DNA of 64,000 nt. It comes from an uncultured Pelagibacteraceae bacterium (GTDB lineage Bacteria > Pseudomonadota > Alphaproteobacteria > Pelagibacterales > AG-422-B15). Under the pieces are notes generated by a model, which worked only from the letters and a program-made list of their open reading frames with translations, did not search any database and had not been told where the DNA came from. The stretch is from positions 69,127-133,126 of the forward strand of contig CACMLX010000001.1 of assembly GCA_902614655.1 (NCBI GenBank), given 5' to 3'. A program made the position numbers and the translations under genes. The first letter of the stretch is position 1. Each line of letters begins with the position of its first letter. Shown here one piece after another: positions 1 through 10,709 of this stretch.

Positions 1-33
1 AATTAACTCAATTATAGATCACCTTTAATATGC

Positions 34-61
34 TTGACCAATTGACTAATAATCATATAAT
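34..61 (+). promoter_or_regulatory. candidate sigma70-type promoter for the rpsM-rpsK-rpoA-rplQ operon
   Basis: TTGACC (34-39), a 16-nt spacer, then TATAAT (56-61), about 40 nt upstream of the rpsM ATG. Hexamer matches arise easily by chance in AT-rich DNA. Confidence 0.4.
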
Positions 62-100
62 CCCGCAATCTCTCAAACCAAAAATGTTAGGTCTAAATTA

Positions 101-478
101 ATGGCTCGTATTGCTGGAGTGAACATTCCAACCCAAAAGAAATTAGGAGTTGCTCTAACTTATGTTTATGGGATTGGAAGTAAAATTTCAAAAGATGTTT
201 GTTTTCAGGCAAATGTAGATGCCAATACAAGAGTCCAGGATTTATCTGAAGCAGAAATAAAAAATGTTAGTGACGTTATTTCTTCATCATTTTTAGTTGA
301 AGGTGATCTAAGAAGAGAGGTTTCTGGAAATATCAAAAGATTGAAAGATCTCGGTACATATAGAGGTGCAAGACATAGAAAAAATTTACCTTGTAGGGGT
401 CAGCGTACTCATACAAATGCTAGAACAAAAAAAGGAAAAGCTATTGCAATAGCTGGAAAGAAAAAGGTTACTAAGTAA
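101..478 (+). CDS. rpsM: 30S ribosomal protein S13
   Basis: N-terminus [10 protein letters not shown], basic C-terminal tail, about 125 aa, and position ahead of rpsK-rpoA-rplQ. Confidence 0.97.
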   Translation: MARIAGVNIPTQKKLGVALTYVYGIGSKISKDVCFQANVDANTRVQDLSEAEIKNVSDVISSSFLVEGDLRREVSGNIKRLKDLGTYRGARHRKNLPCRGQRTHTNARTKKGKAIAIAGKKKVTK

Positions 479-480
479 AT

Positions 481-870
481 ATGGCTGAAGCTAAGACTGT
501 AAAAAAGAAAAAACAAAAGAAAAATATTATTTCTGGACTAGCGTATATTAATGCAACATTTAACAACACAATGATTACTATAACTGATGAACAAGGCAAT
601 AGTATTGCATGGTCGTCTGCTGGAGTAAAAGGTTTTAAAGGATCAAGAAAATCCACACCGTATGCCGCACAAATTGCAGCCGAGGATGCTGGCACTAAAG
701 CTAAAGAATTTGGATTAAAAAATCTGCAAGTCTTTGTGAAAGGACCTGGTGGTGGTAGAGAATCAGCATTACGTGCACTTCAAGCAGTTGGTTTTTATAT
801 AACTTCTATTAAAGACACAACACCAATTCCTCACAACGGTTGTCGTCCACCAAAAAAAAGAAGAGTTTAA
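481..870 (+). CDS. rpsK: 30S ribosomal protein S11
   Basis: [14 protein letters not shown] and STPYAAQ motifs typical of S11; 129 aa; starts 3 nt after rpsM. Confidence 0.97.
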   Translation: MAEAKTVKKKKQKKNIISGLAYINATFNNTMITITDEQGNSIAWSSAGVKGFKGSRKSTPYAAQIAAEDAGTKAKEFGLKNLQVFVKGPGGGRESALRALQAVGFYITSIKDTTPIPHNGCRPPKKRRV

Positions 871-890
871 ATTTATTAAAGGAAATAAAT

Positions 891-1913
891 ATGAGTATTA
901 TTAATAATTGGCAAGCACTAATAAAACCATCTAAATTAAAGATGATTAGTGATGATAGCACTCAAAGCAAAGCGACGTTAATAGCTGAACCACTTGAAAG
1001 AGGTTTTGGATTAACTCTCGGTAACGCGTTAAGAAGAGTTCTGTTATCATCTTTACAAGGAACTGCTGTAACAGCAATTAGGATTGATAATGTACTTCAT
1101 GAATTTTCATCTATTGATGGCGTCAGAGAGGATGTAACAGACATAGTATTAAATATTAAATCGTTGTCTTTAAACATGCATTCTGAAGGTGTTAGAAAAA
1201 TGAGTCTCAACGTGACTGGTCCGGGTGAGATTACTGCAGGCATGATAAATACACCGTCCGAAATTGACATTATTAACCCGGAGCTGGTTATTTGTAACCT
1301 AGATGATAATACTGAATTCAACATGGAACTTACTGTAGCAAAAGGTAAAGGTTATGTTGCAGCAGAACATAATAAACCAGAAGACTCTGCGATAGGTTTG
1401 ATACCAATCGACTCTATATTTAGTCCTGTAAAACAGGTTTCTTACAGCATAGAAAATACGAGAGAAGGAAAAGTTCTGGACTATGACAAGTTAACAATGT
1501 CTATTGAAACAAATGGATCAGTATCTCCTGAGGATGCAATTGCTTTTGCGGCACGTATAATTCAAGACCAATTACAATCATTTATTAATTTTGAAGAGCC
1601 AGAGGACGTACAAGAAGAACCTGATGCATTAGAACCACAATTCAATAAAAATCTTTTAAGGAAAGTAGAGGAACTTGAGCTCTCAGTAAGATCAATGAAC
1701 TGCCTAAGAAATGATAATATTATTTACATTGGAGACCTTGTGCAAAAAAGTGAAATCGAAATGTTGCGTACACCCAATTTTGGTCGTAAGTCTCTAAATG
1801 AAATAAAAGAAGTACTAGGCACTATGTCACTTTATTTAGGCATGGAAGTACCTAATTGGCCACCTGAAAATATCGAGGAAATGGCAAGAAAGATTGAAGA
1901 TCCATATAACTAA
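891..1913 (+). CDS. rpoA: DNA-directed RNA polymerase alpha subunit
   Basis: N-terminal domain motif [22 protein letters not shown] and C-terminal domain motif [13 protein letters not shown] chose the ATG at 891, preceded by AAGGA, rather than the ORF-track start at 840, which would overlap rpsK. Confidence 0.95.
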   Translation: MSIINNWQALIKPSKLKMISDDSTQSKATLIAEPLERGFGLTLGNALRRVLLSSLQGTAVTAIRIDNVLHEFSSIDGVREDVTDIVLNIKSLSLNMHSEGVRKMSLNVTGPGEITAGMINTPSEIDIINPELVICNLDDNTEFNMELTVAKGKGYVAAEHNKPEDSAIGLIPIDSIFSPVKQVSYSIENTREGKVLDYDKLTMSIETNGSVSPEDAIAFAARIIQDQLQSFINFEEPEDVQEEPDALEPQFNKNLLRKVEELELSVRSMNCLRNDNIIYIGDLVQKSEIEMLRTPNFGRKSLNEIKEVLGTMSLYLGMEVPNWPPENIEEMARKIEDPYN

Positions 1914-1915
1914 AA

Positions 1916-2278
1916 ATGAGACACGGAATTGCAAAAAGAAAGTTAAATAGGACATCATCGCATCGGATAGCGATGCTTGAGAACATGGCTGTTTCTCTAA
2001 TCAAAAATGAGACTATTAAAACCACACTTCCAAAAGCAAAGGAATTAAGACCATTTGTTGAAAAGATTATCACTCTAGGTAAAAAGAATAAAAGTTCATC
2101 TAGGGCAAATGCTTTTAACTCGCTTAGAGATAAAGAAGCAGTAACAAAAGTTTTCGGAGATTTATCTGAAAGATTCAAAGATAGAAGCGGTGGCTATTGT
2201 AGAATTGTAAAAGCCGGTTATCGATCAGGTGATAATGCGCCTATGGCTTACATCCAAATTCTTGATCAAGAAAAATAA
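1916..2278 (+). CDS. rplQ: 50S ribosomal protein L17
   Basis: [19 protein letters not shown] signature; 120 aa; immediately follows rpoA. Confidence 0.96.
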   Translation: MRHGIAKRKLNRTSSHRIAMLENMAVSLIKNETIKTTLPKAKELRPFVEKIITLGKKNKSSSRANAFNSLRDKEAVTKVFGDLSERFKDRSGGYCRIVKAGYRSGDNAPMAYIQILDQEK

Positions 2279-2323
2279 TATCTAATTAATAATAAGTTGA
2301 TTTATCTAAACATATAAATTTAG

Positions 2324-3193
2324 ATGAAATCCAAAAAAACTATAATTGTTGAAAGTGCTTCTAACGGGGTGAGATTAGACAAGTTTTTAAAAGAAAGATT
2401 AAATATTCCTTTTTCATTACTTCACAAAGAGCTCAGAAAAAAATCAATCGAGGTAAATAATAAAAAAAAACTTGGAAGTTATAGAGTTAAACAAGATGAT
2501 ATTGTTGATATTTTCAAGGAATTCAAATTAATTCATAAAAAAAAACCTGCAATTAAAATACCCAACATACTCAAGAGAAAAATTAAAAGTTCAATAGTTT
2601 TTCAATCTGACAACTTTATTATTATTAATAAATGGGCTGGAATACCATGCCAGCGTGGATCAAAAATTAATCTATCAATTGATGATCTACTTCAATTTTT
2701 TAATACTAAAGATGGCCATCCTAAGCTAGTACATCGGCTTGATAAAGACACAACTGGTCTATTGATAATTGCAAAAAATTCTGACTCAGCAAGGTACTTT
2801 CATAAAATTCTGTCTAGCCATAAAATAAAGAAAACATATTATGCAATAGTTGAAAAAAAACCAAAAAATAGAGAGGGAATACTTAATGACATGCTTCCCA
2901 AAAATAAAAAAAATGTTTCTGCTGAAACTAAATATCAAATAATAAAAAAACTGCCTGGAGATTATTTTCTTTTAAAATTAAATCCTCAATCAGGTAGAAA
3001 ACATCAAATCAGGCAACATTGTTTTATGAATGGCTTCCCAATTCTTGGTGATAAAAAATATTATATTGAACGCAATCAAATAAAATTTTCTAATTTATTT
3101 CTACATGCTGGCGCTTTAGAATTCATTGATATGAATAATAAAAAAGTCAAAATAGAGACTGAACTCCCAAATCACTTTAGAAAATACTTATAA
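2324..3193 (+). CDS. RluA-family (RluC/RluD-like) 23S rRNA pseudouridine synthase
   Basis: S4-like N-terminal region, catalytic motif HRLDKDTTGLLIIAKN, and C-terminal GRKHQIR motif. Confidence 0.85.
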   Translation: MKSKKTIIVESASNGVRLDKFLKERLNIPFSLLHKELRKKSIEVNNKKKLGSYRVKQDDIVDIFKEFKLIHKKKPAIKIPNILKRKIKSSIVFQSDNFIIINKWAGIPCQRGSKINLSIDDLLQFFNTKDGHPKLVHRLDKDTTGLLIIAKNSDSARYFHKILSSHKIKKTYYAIVEKKPKNREGILNDMLPKNKKNVSAETKYQIIKKLPGDYFLLKLNPQSGRKHQIRQHCFMNGFPILGDKKYYIERNQIKFSNLFLHAGALEFIDMNNKKVKIETELPNHFRKYL

Positions 3194-3231
3194 ATTGATA
3201 ATTCAGAAATATTATATAATATAGTTACTTC

Positions 3232-4764
3232 ATGAGTGATATCATCAAATTATTAGAAAAAAAGCGCGAAGAGGCTAAACTGGGTGGAGGAAAAAGAAGA
3301 ATTGACTCTCAGCACGCAAAAGGCAAATTAACAGCAAGAGAACGAATAGAGGTACTTTTAGATCAAGACACTTTTGAAGAGTACGATATGTACGTGGAAC
3401 ACCGCACTAATGACTTTGGTATGGCCGATCAGAAGTATGCGGGTGATGGAGTGGTTACCGGTAGTGGAAAAATAAATGGAAAATTAGTATACGTTTTCAG
3501 TCAAGACTTTACAGTTTTTGGGGGCTCATTATCTGAAGCTCATGCAGAAAAAATATGCAAGATAATGGATATGGCAATGAAAGTTGGAGCTCCTATTATT
3601 GGCATAAATGATTCTGGTGGCGCACGTATTCAGGAGGGCGTTGCTTCTTTAGCGGGTTATGCAGAGGTGTTTCAACGAAATGTTCTTGCCTCTGGAGTTG
3701 TTCCTCAAATTTCAGTAATTATGGGCCCATGTGCTGGTGGAGCCGTGTATTCACCCGCAATGACAGATTTCATATTTATGGTTAAAAATACCTCATTCAT
3801 GTTTGTGACTGGCCCAGATGTTGTAAAGACCGTGACACAAGAAACTGTTACGCAAGAGGAATTGGGAGGAGCTAAAACACATACTTCAAAGTCTTCTGTA
3901 GCTGATGGAGCATTCAATAATGACATTGAAACACTTCAGGAAGTAAAAAGTCTTATTGACTTGCTGCCTTCAAGCAATCGGGAAAAATCTAAAAATATTA
4001 AAGATAGTTTTCAAGACCTAAGTCCAGATTACTCTTTAGATACCCTTGTTCCTGAAAACGCAAATAAACCCTATGATATGAAGGAACTAATCAATAAAGT
4101 AGTTGATAATAACTATTTTTTTGAAATTCAGCCTGACTTTGCAAAAAATATAATCACTGGTTTTGGTAGAATTGAGGGAAGAACAGTCGGATTTGTGGCA
4201 AACCAACCTTTAGTTTTGGCGGGATGTCTTGATATAGATTCTGGTAAAAAAGGAGGCAGGTTTGTAAGATTTTGCGATTGTTTTAATATACCAATTGTAA
4301 CTTTTGTTGACGTGCCAGGTTTCTTGCCAGGAGTATCTCAGGAACACAATGGTATAATTAAAAATGGCGCTAAGCTTTTATACGCTTATGCTGAAGCAAC
4401 CGTTCCTAAAATTACAATAATAACTCGTAAGGCTTACGGAGGTGCGTATGTCGTAATGGCTTCAAAGCATTTGCGGGGCGATATTAATTATGCATGGCCA
4501 AGCGCAGAAATTGCAGTTATGGGTGCAAAGGGAGCTACTGAAATTTTGTTCAGAAATGAAATTAAGGATAAAAAGAAAATTGATAAGAGAACACAAGAAT
4601 ATACAGATCAGTTTGTAAATCCATTTATTGCTTCAAAGAGAGGATTTATAGACGATGTAATAAGACCACATTCAACACGTCGTCGTATAGCAACAGCACT
4701 TGAAAATCTTAAAGATAAAGAATTATCTTCTCCCTTAAAAAAACACGATAATATACCATTATAA
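3232..4764 (+). CDS. pccB: propionyl-CoA carboxylase beta subunit (carboxyltransferase)
   Basis: 510 aa. Carboxyltransferase motifs [23 protein letters not shown] and AYGGAYVVM; directly precedes the biotin carboxylase subunit. Confidence 0.9.
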   Translation: MSDIIKLLEKKREEAKLGGGKRRIDSQHAKGKLTARERIEVLLDQDTFEEYDMYVEHRTNDFGMADQKYAGDGVVTGSGKINGKLVYVFSQDFTVFGGSLSEAHAEKICKIMDMAMKVGAPIIGINDSGGARIQEGVASLAGYAEVFQRNVLASGVVPQISVIMGPCAGGAVYSPAMTDFIFMVKNTSFMFVTGPDVVKTVTQETVTQEELGGAKTHTSKSSVADGAFNNDIETLQEVKSLIDLLPSSNREKSKNIKDSFQDLSPDYSLDTLVPENANKPYDMKELINKVVDNNYFFEIQPDFAKNIITGFGRIEGRTVGFVANQPLVLAGCLDIDSGKKGGRFVRFCDCFNIPIVTFVDVPGFLPGVSQEHNGIIKNGAKLLYAYAEATVPKITIITRKAYGGAYVVMASKHLRGDINYAWPSAEIAVMGAKGATEILFRNEIKDKKKIDKRTQEYTDQFVNPFIASKRGFIDDVIRPHSTRRRIATALENLKDKELSSPLKKHDNIPL

Positions 4765-4767
4765 TTA

Positions 4768-6759
4768 ATGATTAAAAAAATTCTAATTGCGAATAGAGGA
4801 GAAATTGCGTGCAGAGTTATACGTACAGCAAGAAAGTTGAATATCAACACGGTAGCTGTTTATTCTGATGCTGATAAAGATTCTTTGTTTGTGAAACAGG
4901 CAGATGAGTCTTACCATATAGGAGGCTCTCAGCCAGTTGAGTCTTATTTAGATATTAATAAAATCATTAATATTGCAAAAAAATCAAAGGCTGACGCAAT
5001 TCATCCAGGATACGGATTTTTATCTGAAAATGCAGCTTTTGTTAAAAGACTGGCTAAAGAGAAAATAAAATTTATTGGACCCAATCCTAATGCTATAAAA
5101 AAAATGGGAGACAAAATTGAGTCAAAAAATCTTGCAATAAAACTTAAACTAAACGTAATACCTGGTCATACCGCTCCAGTAAAAAACTCAAAAGAAGCAT
5201 TAAAAATCTCAAATAAAATTGGATACCCGGTCTTGCTAAAAGCATCAGCTGGAGGTGGCGGTAAAGGAATGAGAATAGTAAGAAAAAATAGTGAATTAGA
5301 AGAAAATTTTAATGCCGCAAAGAGTGAGTCAAAGAAAAGCTTTGGGGATGATCGAGTGTTTATTGAAAAATATATAGAGCAACCAAGACATATTGAGATA
5401 CAAATTCTTTGTGACAAACATGGAAATCAAGTTCATTTAGGTGAGAGAGAATGCTCAATTCAAAGGAGATATCAAAAAGTCATTGAGGAGTGTCCGTCGC
5501 CATTTGTAAATGAAGCAATGAGAAATGAAATGGCTGCACAAGCTTTAACCCTTGCAAAGGAAGTTAAATACGACTCAGCGGGGACCGTAGAATTTGTAGT
5601 AGATGCTCACAAAAATTTTTATTTTCTCGAGATGAACACAAGACTTCAAGTTGAACATCCTGTTTCTGAGCTTGTTACAGGCGTAGATCTGGTTGAACAA
5701 ATGATTTATTGCGCAGATAATAAAAAATTAAATATATCACAAAAAGATATTAACCTTAAAGGCTGGTCAGTTGAGTCTCGTATTTATGCCGAAGATCCAA
5801 CTAAAGATTTTTTACCCTCAATTGGTAGAGTGACTGAATACATAGAGCCATCAAAAATCGAGGGTAAAGATCAAACTATTAGAAACGATACAGGAATAAA
5901 CCCTGGATCTGAAGTTTCTTTATTTTATGATCCTATGATATCAAAGCTGGCGGTTCATAGTAAGGATAGAGCAACTGCAATAGACTTAATGATCAATTCA
6001 CTGCAAAATTATTACTTATCAGGAGTTGAAAATAATATTGAATTTCTGATTTCAATTTTAGATGACAAAAAATTTAAAAACGGCAAAATAAGTACAAATT
6101 TTATCAAAGAAAAATTCCCTAAGGGTTACTATTCTAATCATAATTTAAGTGAATATAAGAAACACAGAATCGCAATTTTTGCCCAGGTTTTATTTATATT
6201 CCAATTACAAAGTAAAACACTAAGTTTAAATGATTCTGTGATAAAGGTAGGAGAAGATTTTCTTAACCTCAAAGTTACAGAATCTAAGTTTGAAAAAGAA
6301 AGATTTTATGGAACCTTTAAAATTGAAAAAAAAGAGTATGAGATTGAAACGTCTATAAAGCTAAACGAGAGGTTATGTCAGGTAAGTATAAATCAGCAAA
6401 TAGAGTATTTTAAATTAAATAAACTTATAAACCTTAACACTTCGGATGTCAGTTACTATGATTGTAGATGTCAGACCATAGTTGTAAGTAAGCAACATGA
6501 AACTTACATAAGGCTTATGCCAAAAATAAAATTAGAAGATTTATCAAAAAAATTAATTTCTCCAATGCCTGGTCTAATCAAATCAATAGACGTATCTGAG
6601 GGACAAAAAGTCAAAAGTGGCGATCAATTGCTTATCATTGAAGCAATGAAAATGGAAAATATTTTAAAAAGTGAAAAAGACTGCGTAATTGACAAAGTTC
6701 TGATAAAGCCAGGTGATAGCGTAGGCGCTGATGAGGAGCTTATTCTTTTTTCTAAATAG
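4768..6759 (+). CDS. pccA: propionyl-CoA carboxylase alpha subunit (biotin carboxylase + BCCP domain)
   Basis: ATP-grasp motifs GGGGKGMR and EMNTRLQVEHPV; C-terminal biotinyl-lysine motif EAMKMEN; 663 aa. Confidence 0.9.
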   Translation: MIKKILIANRGEIACRVIRTARKLNINTVAVYSDADKDSLFVKQADESYHIGGSQPVESYLDINKIINIAKKSKADAIHPGYGFLSENAAFVKRLAKEKIKFIGPNPNAIKKMGDKIESKNLAIKLKLNVIPGHTAPVKNSKEALKISNKIGYPVLLKASAGGGGKGMRIVRKNSELEENFNAAKSESKKSFGDDRVFIEKYIEQPRHIEIQILCDKHGNQVHLGERECSIQRRYQKVIEECPSPFVNEAMRNEMAAQALTLAKEVKYDSAGTVEFVVDAHKNFYFLEMNTRLQVEHPVSELVTGVDLVEQMIYCADNKKLNISQKDINLKGWSVESRIYAEDPTKDFLPSIGRVTEYIEPSKIEGKDQTIRNDTGINPGSEVSLFYDPMISKLAVHSKDRATAIDLMINSLQNYYLSGVENNIEFLISILDDKKFKNGKISTNFIKEKFPKGYYSNHNLSEYKKHRIAIFAQVLFIFQLQSKTLSLNDSVIKVGEDFLNLKVTESKFEKERFYGTFKIEKKEYEIETSIKLNERLCQVSINQQIEYFKLNKLINLNTSDVSYYDCRCQTIVVSKQHETYIRLMPKIKLEDLSKKLISPMPGLIKSIDVSEGQKVKSGDQLLIIEAMKMENILKSEKDCVIDKVLIKPGDSVGADEELILFSK

Positions 6760-7837
6760 CCAAAGTTTTTAATTTGCTCTGAAAAATATCTCTATCCATG
6801 TAGCCTTGTCTAAAGTAGCGACGATTTTTAGTATCTTTATATGCACCTCTCCCATGTAAGACACGATAATTATCTAAAATTAACATGTCGCCTGGTCTTT
6901 GTTTAATGCGAACATTATTATTTTTATCCTTAATTAAATCCCATAACTTTCTTCTTGCATCAATATAATCGTCTATTTTTTCATTTTTATCGAATGGAAT
7001 TAATTCGGTTCTATTGTTGTACCTTACTTGTATTACATTGTTCATATCATCCAACTCGATCAGCTTACATTTATTTTCTAACCAGGCGTTTTCATCTTTA
7101 TATCTAAAAAAGGTATTGAAAGTTGTAAGCGTATTAAAGAATTTTTTATGACTATCTCGCAAAATTTTTGCAACATTAAAGCCGTCAACTATTGTATTTT
7201 CTCCACCTATTGAAGCGTTTTCTATGCAGTGCAAAAAAATATAACCTTGTGTAGGGAAGCGATATGGATTGTCAGTATGGTTCTCTAGTGCTCTTGTAGT
7301 CATAGTTAAGTCATAGGCTTTTTTTATGTTTTTAACGTCAGCAATACCACCCCAATTTGTTTTTTTAACTGGCCCAATAAGTTTCATTAGTTCATTTAAA
7401 CCATTCTTAGTTTTTGGAATATTTCTGACTAAGCAAAAACCAAATGTTTCAACAGATAATAAAATGTCAGATAACATTTTTTTATTTATTAGCAGAAAGT
7501 TAAATTTAGGAATTTTAATACTTCCTTTATTCCATAAAAATTTTTTGGACTTGAATTCTTCAGATTCTAGTTGATTGTGGAGATAGCCAAATTGATACGA
7601 ATGTTTTGAATTATCTGAAAATTGAATTTGTAAAACATTTTTTTTTATTTTGGCTGATTTAATGTATAAATGTTCATCTATCTCCGCCGCCTCTATTAAA
7701 AGTTGATTTGTGTAATTGTCTCTTATCTCGCTGTTCGTGCTATGCTCATAAAGCCATTGAGCATTTACTTCATAGTTCTTATTTTTATTTTTGAGATTGA
7801 TAGTTTTTTTATTATTTTTTACAGAAGTAAAGTTCAT
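6752..7837 (-). CDS. gamma-butyrobetaine dioxygenase / trimethyllysine dioxygenase-like Fe(II)/2-oxoglutarate dioxygenase
   Basis: TauD-fold metal motif HTDNPY plus distal VLHGRG, and IELDD..V.QVRYNNRT resembling BBOX1. An N-terminal DUF971-like segment is present. The 3' end overlaps pccA by 8 nt. Confidence 0.75.
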   Translation of the reverse strand: MNFTSVKNNKKTINLKNKNKNYEVNAQWLYEHSTNSEIRDNYTNQLLIEAAEIDEHLYIKSAKIKKNVLQIQFSDNSKHSYQFGYLHNQLESEEFKSKKFLWNKGSIKIPKFNFLLINKKMLSDILLSVETFGFCLVRNIPKTKNGLNELMKLIGPVKKTNWGGIADVKNIKKAYDLTMTTRALENHTDNPYRFPTQGYIFLHCIENASIGGENTIVDGFNVAKILRDSHKKFFNTLTTFNTFFRYKDENAWLENKCKLIELDDMNNVIQVRYNNRTELIPFDKNEKIDDYIDARRKLWDLIKDKNNNVRIKQRPGDMLILDNYRVLHGRGAYKDTKNRRYFRQGYMDRDIFQSKLKTLAI

Positions 7838-7838
7838 T

Positions 7839-8459
7839 TTAATTAAAATATTTAACTAGAGTTTTTTCAATTGTTTTATCAATTTCCTTACTCTTTATAT
7901 TATAACCTAAATCTGAAAAACTAGTGACAAATTTGCTACTCATTCCGCATGGCCTGATACCTTCGTAGTGACTTAAATCTGGATTTATATTTATTGAAAA
8001 ACCATGGTAAGTAACCCATTTTTTTACCTTTAGACCGATACTGGCAATTTTATAGAGTTGACCATTATCCTTTTTAACGAATACTCCATGATGATCAGGT
8101 ATTGCTTCTGCAACAATGTGAAAATTACTTAAAATTTCTATGATCAATTTTTCAAGTTGGTTTACAAAAAACTTAATGTCTTTTTTTCTATTATTTAAAT
8201 TGATCATAAGGTAGACAACTCTTTGTCCAGGGCCATGATAAGTATATTTTCCTCCCCGATTAGTCTTGATTACGGGTATTTTATTATTATTAAGAAGATC
8301 GCTTTTATGATCAGTAGATCCTGATGTATATATCGCTGGATGACTTAAGAGCCAAGCAAGTTCGTCATTCTGGTTTTTGATTATTTCATTCACTCTATTT
8401 TCCATATATTTAAGACTTTCTAAGTAGTCTTGAGCTGATTTATCTATCTTAATTTCCAT
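7839..8459 (-). CDS. lipB: octanoyltransferase (lipoyl(octanoyl) transferase)
   Basis: RGGKYTYHGPGQ, KIASIGLKV and RPCG motifs characteristic of LipB; 206 aa. Confidence 0.92.
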   Translation of the reverse strand: MEIKIDKSAQDYLESLKYMENRVNEIIKNQNDELAWLLSHPAIYTSGSTDHKSDLLNNNKIPVIKTNRGGKYTYHGPGQRVVYLMINLNNRKKDIKFFVNQLEKLIIEILSNFHIVAEAIPDHHGVFVKKDNGQLYKIASIGLKVKKWVTYHGFSININPDLSHYEGIRPCGMSSKFVTSFSDLGYNIKSKEIDKTIEKTLVKYFN

Positions 8460-8502
8460 GTTTTTCTGGATAATAAACTAAATTGATGTACATGTTTTTA
8501 TT

Positions 8503-9879
8503 ATGAGTAATATTGTAAATGAACCTCCTCAAAATGAGAACATTACATTTAATAATCAATTAATTAATGATGTAATAAATTTTTGCAATAACAAAGAAAA
8601 AGATAAACTAACCAATATTATTTCTCCTCTTCATCCGGCGGATTTGGCTGATCTCTTTACTTTTCTTAGTAAAGAGCAACGATCTTACATTCTTAATAAT
8701 CTTAGTGAAGACCGCTATACAGATGTTCTTGCCGAGTTAGATGACAATATTATTGATGAAACAGTTCAAGAATTAGAGGATACTAAAGTAGTTCGTTCCA
8801 TTAGTGAGATGGAGACAGATGATGCAATTAATCTCATTGAGTCTTTAGAGCCAGCAGCTCAAAAGAAAATTTTAGATAAAGTAAATCCCGCAGAGAGAGA
8901 AATTTTACAAGAAAGTCTAAATTACCCTGAAGAAACCGCTGGAAGAAGAATGCAAAAAGAATTTGTTTCAATGCCAGGCTTTTGGACAGTAGGCCAGGCC
9001 ATTGATCATTTAAGAGAACAAATTGACTTGCCCGATGAATTCTATGAACTTTTTATTGTTGACCCGAGTAATAAACCGTTGGGGAGCGCTTCAGTTTCTA
9101 AAGTTCTAAAGTCACGTAGAGATACAAAATTAAATGAAATTTTAGAAGAAAACCCAAAATTTGTTAAGGCATCAATGGATCAAGAAGAAGTAGCACTTTT
9201 CTTTGAGCAATACTCTTTGGTATCAGCTGGAGTTGTCGATGAACAAAATAGATTAATTGGAAGAATTACGGCAGATGATATTGTGTGGGTTGTTCAAGAA
9301 GAAGCAGAAGAAGATATTTTGAGATTGGGTGGTGTTTCAGAAAGTGAAATGAACCAATCAATTGGAAGATCAACTAAGCGAAGATTTATATGGTTATTTT
9401 TAAATTTATTAACCGCAATTCTTGCATCTTATGTAATAAGCCTGTTTGATGCCAGCATAGAGAAAATGGTAGCATTGGCGATTTTAATGCCAATTGTTGC
9501 ATCAATGGGTGGTAATGCAGGAACACAAACATTAACACTAACCGTGAGAGCTATCGCAACTAAAGAATTGGTAGATAATAATAGAAGAAAAGTCTTTTTC
9601 AAAGAAATTGCGATATCAGTATTAAATGGAATTTTATTTGCGATTATTACAGGGTTTGCTGCTTGGATTTGGTTTTCTGATATTAGTTTATCTATAATTG
9701 TTGGAGCAGCAATGGTAATAAATATTTTATCTGCGGGTTTGTTTGGTTTCCTAATTCCATATATTTTTAATAAAGTTAAGATTGATCCCGCTTTGGCATC
9801 AAGTGTATTTGTGACAACAATAACTGATGTATTTGGATTTTTATCTTTTCTAGGGCTTGCTTCAATTTATTTATTTTAG
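8503..9879 (+). CDS. mgtE: magnesium transporter MgtE
   Basis: MgtE N-domain, tandem CBS region, then 5 TM segments with MGGNAGTQ; 458 aa. Confidence 0.92.
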   Translation: MSNIVNEPPQNENITFNNQLINDVINFCNNKEKDKLTNIISPLHPADLADLFTFLSKEQRSYILNNLSEDRYTDVLAELDDNIIDETVQELEDTKVVRSISEMETDDAINLIESLEPAAQKKILDKVNPAEREILQESLNYPEETAGRRMQKEFVSMPGFWTVGQAIDHLREQIDLPDEFYELFIVDPSNKPLGSASVSKVLKSRRDTKLNEILEENPKFVKASMDQEEVALFFEQYSLVSAGVVDEQNRLIGRITADDIVWVVQEEAEEDILRLGGVSESEMNQSIGRSTKRRFIWLFLNLLTAILASYVISLFDASIEKMVALAILMPIVASMGGNAGTQTLTLTVRAIATKELVDNNRRKVFFKEIAISVLNGILFAIITGFAAWIWFSDISLSIIVGAAMVINILSAGLFGFLIPYIFNKVKIDPALASSVFVTTITDVFGFLSFLGLASIYLF

Positions 9880-10709
9880 ATTTTTATATTGTCAATTAAT
9901 CGAGTATTTCCTATTTTAGCCGCAATGAATATTCTTGATTTATCACTTATTTTTTTTCGAACAGAAAGATCATCGTTTAATACGGTCAGATAATCAATTT
10001 TATCAACACCATGATCTATCAGGATTTTTTTTGCATGATTAAGTATGTTATTAATCTTTAACTTGGTTCTAATCAATGGAGGTAGTTTTTTAAGTAATTT
10101 GTTGATTTTAATAGCAATTTTAAATTCCTTACCACTCAAATAGTTATTTCTTGATGAAAGTGGAAGTCCATTTTTATCCCTAACAGTTTTAACGCATATT
10201 ATCCTTGTATTTAATTTTAATGATTCAGTCATTTTTTTAATTACCAAATATTGTTGATAATCTTTTTCACCAAAAAATGCTGCGTCTGGCTGCACTATAT
10301 CAAAAAGTTTAAGGACAATATTTTTTACACCTGGAAAGTAATTTGGCCTTGATTTACCACATAGTCGTTTCTCAATTGCAAACTGTGGACAATTATGTTT
10401 TGTTTTATGGGAGAGAATTTGTTTTTGTATTGGAGTGAAGACAATATCAGCACCGTATTTTTTTAAAACTTTAAGATCATTTTTAAGCGTCCTTGGGTAG
10501 TCTTTATAATCTTCTTTTGGTCCAAATTGTGTGGGGTTAACAAAAATACTAACTACAACAATTGATCTTAGTTTTTTTGATCTCTTAACTAATTTTAAAT
10601 GACCCGCATGCAAAGCTCCCATTGTTGGTGTTAAGTGAATTTTAAAACCATCACTTCTATATCGATCTAGAATTTTCTTGAGATAATTTATACTTTTAAC
10701 TAATTTCAT
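9876..10709 (-). CDS. panC: pantoate--beta-alanine ligase
   Basis: PTMGALHAGH (HxGH) motif; about 277 aa from the ATG at 10709. The ORF-track start at 10742 adds a hydrophobic 11-aa extension that overlaps the upstream gene further. Confidence 0.9.
   Translation of the reverse strand: MKLVKSINYLKKILDRYRSDGFKIHLTPTMGALHAGHLKLVKRSKKLRSIVVVSIFVNPTQFGPKEDYKDYPRTLKNDLKVLKKYGADIVFTPIQKQILSHKTKHNCPQFAIEKRLCGKSRPNYFPGVKNIVLKLFDIVQPDAAFFGEKDYQQYLVIKKMTESLKLNTRIICVKTVRDKNGLPLSSRNNYLSGKEFKIAIKINKLLKKLPPLIRTKLKINNILNHAKKILIDHGVDKIDYLTVLNDDLSVRKKISDKSRIFIAAKIGNTRLIDNIKI

Noticed and set aside
840-890. N-terminal extensions offered by the ORF track. Examples are rpoA from 840, panC from 10742, RidA from 11933, plsY from 17312, gatB from 20514 and hom from 56206.
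   Set aside because: The extensions overlap the upstream gene and add residues that are not family-like. Internal ATGs give canonical N-termini, and often give ATGA overlaps or a visible Shine-Dalgarno sequence.
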